NCBI GenBank assembly: GCA_965221425.1
Contig: OZ244889.1
Coordinates: forward strand, 3,077,415 to 3,141,414
Length of the DNA: 64,000 nt
Origin: Candidatus Poribacteria bacterium
GTDB lineage: Bacteria > Poribacteria > WGA-4E > WGA-3G
Direction: 5' to 3'
The notes beneath the pieces were generated by a model. The model saw nothing but the letters and a program-made list of their open reading frames with translations. It made no database searches and was not told where the DNA came from. Below are positions 57,512 to 64,000 of this stretch, in pieces (position 1 is the stretch's first letter; every line of letters begins with the position of its first letter). The position numbers and the translations under genes are program-made.

Positions 57512-58186
57512 ATGAGAAATAGACCACAACGCGGTCCCAGAGGTGGACGGCGACATCAGTTCACACAGGGACGCGGTAGAAGACAGCGTCCTCATCGTTC
57601 GGGACACACTGAAGCAGAAAGACAGGGACCACCACTGCAAGCAAAAGGACGCCGACAACACCGATCACCTGAAACACGTGGAAATTGGGAACACCGTCCA
57701 CCGAGAGGTAGGAGAAATCGTCGCCGTTCAGCACAAGTGAACTTCAGACCACATCATCCAATGCGAGATATTTTTCTGCATCACAATCGGATGAGGCACG
57801 TTTTTGACAGAAGGTTCGCGTATCGTGAAGGAAAAACGAAAAGAGAAAAATCTAATTGGCGTCCACCCATTGAGTTTTCTGTTTCTGAAGATAAATATGA
57901 AGTATTAGTTGAACTCCCTGGCGTTTCACAAAACGATGTCAGTGTTTCTGTAACTGACAATCTATTAAAGATAAAAGGGGAAAAGGAGCGGAAGGACACA
58001 GATGAAAAGCAAAGGGTACGCCGATCTGATCTACGATACGGAAGTTTTAAACGTGCGCTGCCACTCCCACCAAATGCGAAAGCTGACGGTATAAAAGCCG
58101 AATTCAAGGATGGTGTTTTAACAATTGAGATTCCGAAAACAGAAGCGGCAAAACCAACTGAAATTCCTATCAACGCTGATGCTTAA
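57512..58186 (+). CDS. Hsp20/alpha-crystallin protein (3 of 3) with ~90 aa arginine/glycine-rich basic N-terminal extension
   Basis: ACD WRPPIEFSVSE..YEVLVELPGVSQNDVSVSV..LKIKGEKERKD..RRSDLRYGSFKRALPLP..GVLTIEIPK. N-terminal RGPRGGRRHQFTQGRGRRQRPHRSGH..RGRRNRRRS. The AAGGAGA RBS sits 7 nt before the ATG at 57512, the same context as the two upstream paralogs. The internal Met at 57764 lacks an RBS. Confidence 0.65.
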   Translation: MRNRPQRGPRGGRRHQFTQGRGRRQRPHRSGHTEAERQGPPLQAKGRRQHRSPETRGNWEHRPPRGRRNRRRSAQVNFRPHHPMRDIFLHHNRMRHVFDRRFAYREGKTKREKSNWRPPIEFSVSEDKYEVLVELPGVSQNDVSVSVTDNLLKIKGEKERKDTDEKQRVRRSDLRYGSFKRALPLPPNAKADGIKAEFKDGVLTIEIPKTEAAKPTEIPINADA

Positions 58187-58269
58187 TCCGATATATTGTG
58201 ATGTAAGGTCCCTGTGCCTTGCAATAATAAAAAAGTAAGGCTATAGTAAACTTTAGAATTAATTGGACA

Positions 58270-58380
58270 TTAGGATCGGTTCGGTCAGAAAACCGAAACT
58301 ACCGCAGGCACTGTCCCATAACCTATTAGGTTGTGTTCCGTTTCTGCACAACCTAACAGGTTATGCTACAAAATGTCCTT
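58270..58380. repeat. family B palindromic repeat (inverted orientation relative to 47668 copy) between convergent Hsp20-3 and aquaporin
   Basis: 'cctattaggttgtgttccgtttctgcacaacctaacaggttatgctacaa', preceded by 'ggacattaggatcggttcggtcagaaaaccgaaactaccgc'. Confidence 0.6.
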
Positions 58381-58422
58381 TTAATGCTAAAAGCATCAGC
58401 CTGTTTTCTTTTAGATTATTCA

Positions 58423-59076
58423 CTACTCAGCTTTAGCGTCTTTCTCTTTCAAAACACCAATATAGAGAAGTGCAGCAAGCACTGCCCCTATAAATGGACC
58501 AACAAAGTAGAGCCAAAGGTCAGCATAATTACCGCTTGCAATAGCAGGTCCAAGCGTCCGTGCAGGATTCAGAGATGCCCGCGTCAATGGACCACCCATC
58601 AGGATACAAAACACTAAAGTTAACCCGATGGCAAGTCCTGCAAGGTTTCTCGCTTTTCCGCTTACGGCTGTGTTGAAAATCGTATTAACGAGGAAGAAAG
58701 TTAGTATGATTTCAACTATTAACCCATTTATCGGTGTCACATTGGTAGCTAAAATAGTTACACCCAAATCACCATCTACCGGTAGTACTGCTTTAAGCAC
58801 CAATGCCCCTGCAATTCCACCAGCAAACTGCACAATCCAATATCCTATCGATGCAGCAAATCGGATTTCTCCTGCTACCAAGAGTCCGAGCGTCACAGCA
58901 GGGTTAATATGTGTGCCTGAGATATGCCCATAAGCATACGCAAACGCCACAATGACCAACCCGTGGGCAAGTGCAACGCCTACTAACCCTCCCTTGTCAA
59001 TTGCTAACGCACCAGCACCGATAAAAATTAGCGCGAAGGTACCGATAAATTCAACAACTAAATTCCGTGTATTCAT
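58423..59076 (-). CDS. aquaporin / MIP-family channel
   Basis: Two NPA boxes (SGTHINPAVTLG; SLNPARTLGPA). Six TM segments. Confidence 0.9.
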   Translation of the reverse strand: MNTRNLVVEFIGTFALIFIGAGALAIDKGGLVGVALAHGLVIVAFAYAYGHISGTHINPAVTLGLLVAGEIRFAASIGYWIVQFAGGIAGALVLKAVLPVDGDLGVTILATNVTPINGLIVEIILTFFLVNTIFNTAVSGKARNLAGLAIGLTLVFCILMGGPLTRASLNPARTLGPAIASGNYADLWLYFVGPFIGAVLAALLYIGVLKEKDAKAE

Positions 59077-59088
59077 AGAAAATCTATC

Positions 59089-59285
59089 TTGGGTTCAAAT
59101 GAAGTTTAAATAAATATTTCGGTAATGTGGCGAGGTTAGGAAACCTCACCAGCAGCAGGTGTACATCTCTGCTGGCGAGGCGGGGAATCATGCAGCATGC
59201 CACACGCGCATGCTGCCACGCGCATTCATACCGTTGATTTCTTCCTAACCTCGCTAAATTACCCAATTTATTTTTTAATCTTCAT
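59089..59285. repeat. MITE-like element family A, complete copy with both TIRs
   Basis: 'atgaagtttaaataaatatttcggtaatgtggcgaggttaggaaacctcaccagcagcaggtgtacatctctgctggcgagg..catgctgccacgcgcattcataccgttgatttcttcctaacctcgctaaattacccaatttattttttaatcttcat'. Confidence 0.7.
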
Positions 59286-59405
59286 AAGAACCCACCTCCC
59301 TTAGGTATGCACGCTTTACAAGCATGCTGTTTAAAGTTAAAACATCGTTTACAATATAGTGTGAGGTCATTACTTACACATCGTCCAAAACTGACGACTC
59401 GTACA

Positions 59406-60764
59406 TTAAACAGGCCATCTATTCTGGAATTGTTCAACCATTGCTTCTGGACCACCGTGCTGCCCCAAGAATTCCAAAAACGCTTGATAGAGTCGGCGTG
59501 CTTCGCCTGTATCCGACTCAAACCGATTCTGCATCTGTTCGGGATCCGAAGGAAGATGGAACAGATGTTGAGGTGATCCTTTATTTTCCAACAGTAGCGA
59601 CCATGTGCCATCCGTAACACTTCCGTGTGGACTTCCACCATCAGGACTCCATCCGCCGCCCCAAGCACCGTGGGTAATCGCATAATCTCTACCTGTGTCG
59701 GTGTCTCCCATGACGATTGGCAGCAAGCTATTACCTTCAACTTGCTTACCGCGTTCTGCGCCGAAAACATCAATCACTGTTGCTGGTATATCAATAATAC
59801 TGGCAAGCGCATCTGTGTGGCGAGGTGTAACCTCCGGATGATAAATGAGCAGCGGAATATGGACAATCTCCTCATACATACCGAGATTTTTTGCGATAAG
59901 TCCATGTTCACCCAACAGAAAGCCGTGGTCCGCCATAAAAATGATCATTGTATTTTCCATCAATCCCATATAGTCAATTTTCCGCAGCAGATGCCCTATC
60001 CAGTTATCTACGAGACACGCTTCGGATCGATATAAGGCATTGAGACGTTGGGTTGTGCGTTCATCCATATTGTTTGGACCGTAGGTTGGATAGATAGGTT
60101 CCGGTCCATCATAATCGTCTGGGTCAAACCGTCTGATGTACCACTCTGGCACGTCCCAAGGTTCATGCGGATCAAAGGTGTCTACCATCAGATAGAAATT
60201 TTCGTGTTGATAGTTGCGTTCCAGCCAGTCGCATGCAGTTTGTACCGTTTGTGCGACGAAGGTGTCCCCCTCATTCCTCCGAGAGTCACTATTTTTAAGG
60301 TGGTTGAAGAGTCCCGCGGGCAACTTGTTCGGATGTGGGCGCGTGTGTTCACGATAGCGCAGTCCTTCCTCTGTATCAAAGTCATAAGGGTGGGTTTCCA
60401 AAAGATCGCTTTCCTGTCCGCGAATCCATTTCCATCCTGTAAACCCTCTATTATATAGGAATCCGTTGTTGAGATGGTGCGGTGTGTCGGCGATCATCAT
60501 ACTGACAACATCCGCTTTTGTAAGTGCATTCGCAATCACAGGCACGTTGCGTTGCAGCGGTTCCCATCCACGACGACATATACCCACCTCCCCCGTCACT
60601 AAATCGCCACGGATCGGTACGGTTGGGTAGCTACAAACATAGGCTTTGTCAAAAACAACGCATTTTTCAGCAAAGGCGTTGAGTGCGGGACTGTAACCCT
60701 TGCCTCCATAAATCTCTAAGTTATCTCGTCTAAATGTATCTGAAATAATGTGGATTATATTCAT
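59406..60764 (-). CDS. sulfatase-family (alkaline-phosphatase superfamily) hydrolase with degenerate FGly motif
   Basis: IIHIISDTFRRD and MADHGFLLGEHGLIAKN are sulfatase-like. The active-site region reads CSYPTVPIRGDLVTG rather than a clean C-x-P-x-R. Start set at MNIIH (TGGAG RBS). Confidence 0.65.
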   Translation of the reverse strand: MNIIHIISDTFRRDNLEIYGGKGYSPALNAFAEKCVVFDKAYVCSYPTVPIRGDLVTGEVGICRRGWEPLQRNVPVIANALTKADVVSMMIADTPHHLNNGFLYNRGFTGWKWIRGQESDLLETHPYDFDTEEGLRYREHTRPHPNKLPAGLFNHLKNSDSRRNEGDTFVAQTVQTACDWLERNYQHENFYLMVDTFDPHEPWDVPEWYIRRFDPDDYDGPEPIYPTYGPNNMDERTTQRLNALYRSEACLVDNWIGHLLRKIDYMGLMENTMIIFMADHGFLLGEHGLIAKNLGMYEEIVHIPLLIYHPEVTPRHTDALASIIDIPATVIDVFGAERGKQVEGNSLLPIVMGDTDTGRDYAITHGAWGGGWSPDGGSPHGSVTDGTWSLLLENKGSPQHLFHLPSDPEQMQNRFESDTGEARRLYQAFLEFLGQHGGPEAMVEQFQNRWPV

Positions 60765-60803
60765 GTTTGGCTCCAAAATTTAACATCTATGCGGTTTGTT
60801 AGA

Positions 60804-62207
60804 TTATACCCTATTTTCGTTTTCTTGTGGTGTAATTTCCTTTTCTCGCTCCGCAATTTGCACAACGGCAGGCAGCAATCCGTAAATTCCCCAAAACGGC
60901 ACGCCGATGGCATCACCATTCAGAAGATTATTCACAACGAAATGCACCATTAAAGAAATTTCAGCTGCCATAAGTCCAATAACAATGGAGCGGTAAAAGC
61001 CATCCTCAATCCGTTTAAGGGCACGAAAGCCGTAGCGTAAAAACGCAAGATTCAACCACATCCATACTGCTAACCCGACAACTCCGAGTTCTGCCATAAC
61101 TTGAAGATATTCGCTGTGTGCCCCTAACTGAAACTGTGCGATGTAGCTACCCACAAGTCCAACATCTTCCTCATAAAGCAGGGCAAATGCTCCGTAACCT
61201 TTTCCCAAAATAGGGCTTTCAAGAAACATACTAACTGCCTGTCCCCACCGCATAAGTCTCGCTTGGTTGGAGGCGTAGCTTAAATCTATCGTTGATAAGA
61301 CTCGTTCCATAACCGAACTATAAACCCCTGGTAGACTTAAACACACTAATAAAACAAAACCTGCAGCCCCAATAAATAGAATCTTTTTGTGTGTAACACC
61401 TCTCCCTAATTGTATCAGCATGAATCCAACAGCAACGATAACTGAAAGCCATACCCCACGCGAAAAACACATAATCAGACCTACTCCGAAGCAGATAAAC
61501 CACCCTACCCACATGGCACGGTTATATTGTTGATTATCAAATAACAAGCGACTGAGGCAGATTAGAAAAAAGACTGCTGTAAATGAACCGTAGACAGAAT
61601 AATTTGTGAACGGAGAACTCCGATAAGCACTTGTCCACTGCCATTCGTCAATATGATAGAGGAGTACAAAAACTGTCCATACAACAGCAATTGCTGCACT
61701 CGGAAAGGAGGCGATAAATACGCGCTTTAAATTTTGCCGATGTTGGGCTAAATCGTACATCACTAAACTGAACATTATGTAGGTAGAAGCACGAAACGCA
61801 CCTTTCAAAGTGCCAAATAGGTCTGGCGTATTGATTACGGATAGGAAGGTAACAAATATCAAAAAGCAAACAGGTAGTAAAAATGGAAAGGTTGGAATGC
61901 GTTGCTGCTTTTCCAGCACAAAATCTAAGATCTTTTTTAACAAATAAACAGCACTGAGCATGCCTAACAACGGCTCAGTCGGTGTTTGAATTTCAAGAAG
62001 TTGAGGAATAATATAGCGAAAAGAGAAGGGTAAACAGATTAGCAGCACATAAAGTGCTAACTCCATCCCTACGAATACAAACGTTCCTATCGCGACTAAT
62101 AGACAGAGAAAAGCAAGCGGCGTTTCTGAGTAGCGTCCGAGGATTATCCCGAACATGAGACAAATTAGAAACGGAAGGATGCGGGTAGCGTATCGTTTGA
62201 AGTTCAT
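60804..62207 (-). CDS. O-antigen ligase/polymerase-like (Wzy_C-type) polytopic membrane protein
   Basis: ~11 TM segments with a large periplasmic loop near the C-terminal third. Family assignment from topology only. Start set at MNFKRY to avoid overlap with the upstream gene. Confidence 0.45.
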   Translation of the reverse strand: MNFKRYATRILPFLICLMFGIILGRYSETPLAFLCLLVAIGTFVFVGMELALYVLLICLPFSFRYIIPQLLEIQTPTEPLLGMLSAVYLLKKILDFVLEKQQRIPTFPFLLPVCFLIFVTFLSVINTPDLFGTLKGAFRASTYIMFSLVMYDLAQHRQNLKRVFIASFPSAAIAVVWTVFVLLYHIDEWQWTSAYRSSPFTNYSVYGSFTAVFFLICLSRLLFDNQQYNRAMWVGWFICFGVGLIMCFSRGVWLSVIVAVGFMLIQLGRGVTHKKILFIGAAGFVLLVCLSLPGVYSSVMERVLSTIDLSYASNQARLMRWGQAVSMFLESPILGKGYGAFALLYEEDVGLVGSYIAQFQLGAHSEYLQVMAELGVVGLAVWMWLNLAFLRYGFRALKRIEDGFYRSIVIGLMAAEISLMVHFVVNNLLNGDAIGVPFWGIYGLLPAVVQIAEREKEITPQENENRV

Positions 62208-62214
62208 CCAACGA

Positions 62215-62913
62215 TTAGAACTGCGTTCTAACTCCGATTCCAATCGCAGTTCCATCTAAAATTATATTAAACGGTTGAGGACCAGTGGTTTCAACGGTTT
62301 TCAGAATTCGTTTTAATTCTAAACTGATAATGGCATTTTTTCCGATGGTGGCGCGAGCACCGGGTTGCGACTCCCATTGAAACAACTCAATACCAGCAAT
62401 TACATAACCGATTGTTGATGATGCGCTGTCATTAAGCGCGATGCCTTGTTCTGCAAGCAAGTCAACCACGTTACCATCAAAATTAGCTCTTAAAAAACCG
62501 ATACCTGCCCCGAAATAAATGGGTAGATATTCATATAGTAGCACCGGACGGTAGATTAACTGATAGGATATAGGCATAAGCGTGGCTTTGAGTGATATTG
62601 AATTAGGCGGTGGTGTATCAAGTTGAGTGCGCCAATACCCAATTTCTAACCGAGAATCTAATTCAGGTATGTGTTGTAGAACAATTGAGAGTGTAGGCAT
62701 CATGGCAACAGGGGACTTGGATACGCCAGCACCCTGTAAAATCTGAGTCAAGTTACCCAGTTCAGGTTTATAAGAAAAAAGGGAAAACTGTAATGATGGC
62801 GTTTGATTCTGTAAAAAAGATGGAGGGTGTGATGTCTGCACATCGGAAAATTCAGCGTATGAAATGCCTGAGATGATAAAAATGGAAAATAGGATTATAA
62901 ATAGATAGCGCAT
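62215..62913 (-). CDS. putative outer-membrane beta-barrel protein
   Basis: Signal peptide. Alternating amphipathic strands. C-terminal aromatic (..GVRTQF). Confidence 0.4.
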   Translation of the reverse strand: MRYLFIILFSIFIISGISYAEFSDVQTSHPPSFLQNQTPSLQFSLFSYKPELGNLTQILQGAGVSKSPVAMMPTLSIVLQHIPELDSRLEIGYWRTQLDTPPPNSISLKATLMPISYQLIYRPVLLYEYLPIYFGAGIGFLRANFDGNVVDLLAEQGIALNDSASSTIGYVIAGIELFQWESQPGARATIGKNAIISLELKRILKTVETTGPQPFNIILDGTAIGIGVRTQF

Positions 62914-62984
62914 TATTCAGAGCATCCAAGCTATAAAGCTGAGGTAATACCATTTCTAAACAATGATTTCTCATTACTGAATTT

Positions 62985-63030
62985 CGTGAACTGCAATGTT
63001 GGACGGCACAAACTGGAAGTTTGTGCTACA
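62985..63030. repeat. family B hairpin fragment 'GGCACAAACTGGAAGTTTGTGCTACA'
   Basis: Shares the ACAAAC..GTTTGTGCTACA unit with 3580-3605, 30370-30390 and 30786-30800. Confidence 0.5.
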
Positions 63031-63184
63031 TAAGAGAATATATTATTCGAAACGGTATAATATCCGAATTTCAAAGAGTATAGACATAAAACGGTACAAA
63101 ACTTCAAAAAAGTAGGATGCCCCAAATTAGGACATCCTAACAATATTGGATAAAAAATTAAGGGCAAATCTGAAGGGTAAAAAG

Positions 63185-63967
63185 TTACATCATAGAACCG
63201 GATGGGTTCAGAATCACTTCTACCCGGCGATTCATTGCTCTACCAGCAGCGGTATTTTGTGACGCAACCGGATCAGTATGTGCTTTTCCAACAGCTTTAA
63301 TCCTGGCAGCGTCGACACCTTTGCTTTTCAAATATTTAACGACAGAGTTTGCTCGTGTCTGAGATAGATCCCAATTGCTTCGGTGACTACCACGTAATAC
63401 TGGCGTGCCATCTGCATGACCCTCTACAAGTATTTCAGCTTCTGGGTTTTCCATAATCTGACCAACGATGCCATCGAGCATCTCTTTAGCTTTGCTGGAC
63501 AAACCTGTCTGGCCACTGTTGAAATTGACGGTAGCCAAAAGCGCTGGTTTTGAGGCAGCATCAGCTTTGAGTTCGGCAATACCATCTGAATTAGCCGACA
63601 CTGCAGCCAATATTCTTTCAACCCTAGCCGTTAATGCCTTCAAACCACTGGAATTTGCCATAACATCTTTTTGGATTTTTGCATCTTCAGCTTTAGCGAG
63701 ATTCATTGTCTTTTCGCTCTGCATATCCATAGATTTTGTAATATCAGAACGAAGTTTGGCAATCTCTTCTTTGGTGTTTTGCTCAGCAGCAGCCATGGTG
63801 TCAGCATCTCCTTGCTGTGATGTGGCAATTGCCTCATCCTTTCCTTTAGAGATAGCCTCCATTGCGGCTTTATTATTCTGATCAACCTTTCCTTCAAGTT
63901 TCGTAACTTGTGCTTTTATTTCTGTATTGGATTGGTCGACCTGCATAACATGTTCATTTTTCCACAT
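63185..63967 (-). CDS. OmpA/MotB-domain peptidoglycan-associated protein with N-terminal coiled coil
   Basis: C-terminal OmpA-like block NFNSGQTGL..ILVEGHADGTP..SNWDLSQTRANSVVKYL..GRAMNRRVEVIL. N-terminal ~150 aa is charged coiled coil. Confidence 0.75.
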   Translation of the reverse strand: MWKNEHVMQVDQSNTEIKAQVTKLEGKVDQNNKAAMEAISKGKDEAIATSQQGDADTMAAAEQNTKEEIAKLRSDITKSMDMQSEKTMNLAKAEDAKIQKDVMANSSGLKALTARVERILAAVSANSDGIAELKADAASKPALLATVNFNSGQTGLSSKAKEMLDGIVGQIMENPEAEILVEGHADGTPVLRGSHRSNWDLSQTRANSVVKYLKSKGVDAARIKAVGKAHTDPVASQNTAAGRAMNRRVEVILNPSGSMM

Positions 63968-64000
63968 TTCAAACTCTTCTTGACTTAGCTTACCGCAACC

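Noticed and set aside
1-64000. tRNA, rRNA or tmRNA genes
   Set aside because: No T-loop (GGTTCGAATCC-like) or anticodon-arm cloverleaf candidates were seen in any intergenic spacer. All GTTCG-containing sites are parts of the repeat hairpins.

Overview
This 64 kb window looks like a chromosomal segment of an uncultivated, probably marine, T9SS-bearing bacterium. The lineage guess rests on two secreted proteins with C-terminal Por/T9SS sorting domains and on the three sulfatase-family genes. Gene density is high, about 50 CDS, mostly carbohydrate- and organosulfate-scavenging and central-metabolism functions.

- Core genes recognised: kdsB and pyrG, pepA, queF, comEC, nagA, udk, fdhD, an aquaporin, an orphan MinD-like ATPase, Zn-dependent alcohol dehydrogenases and Gfo/Idh/MocA oxidoreductases.
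- Tandem paralog sets: two TonB-dependent receptors, two SAM-dependent methyltransferases, two LarA-family (nickel-pincer racemase-like) proteins, and three Hsp20 genes.
- Recoded selenoprotein: the ORF track splits a ~900 aa formate-dehydrogenase catalytic subunit into two ORFs. The 'stop' is an in-frame TGA at 25749-25751, exactly where the FdhF-type Mo-ligand selenocysteine sits. An E. coli fdhF-like SECIS hairpin follows 11 nt downstream.
- Candidate novel locus: LarA1, YdeI, LarA2-DctQ-DctM, BMP lipoprotein, Sec-FDH and a cupin sit contiguously. No DctP/TAXI binding protein and no larBCE lie nearby. This is the most plausible undescribed system here: hydroxy-acid uptake and racemisation coupled to a Mo/Se oxidoreductase.
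- Small repeats in intergenic DNA: modular MITE-like elements with ~27-43 bp terminal inverted repeats ('TTGTAGCACAA..ATGAAGATTAAATAAATATTTCGGTAA') carry internal GCGAGGTTAGGAAACCTCGC and CAGCAG..CTGCTG hairpins. A second hairpin family has a 'GTGCAGAAACGGAACACAACCTAACAGGTTGTGCTACAA' unit. A REP-like stem-loop family has a GGTT-N-AACC core. Complete family-A elements recur at six or more sites, with 10+ hairpin-family loci in total. One element appears to have overwritten the 5' end of a secreted glycoside-hydrolase-like gene.

No rRNA, tRNA or CRISPR array was found.
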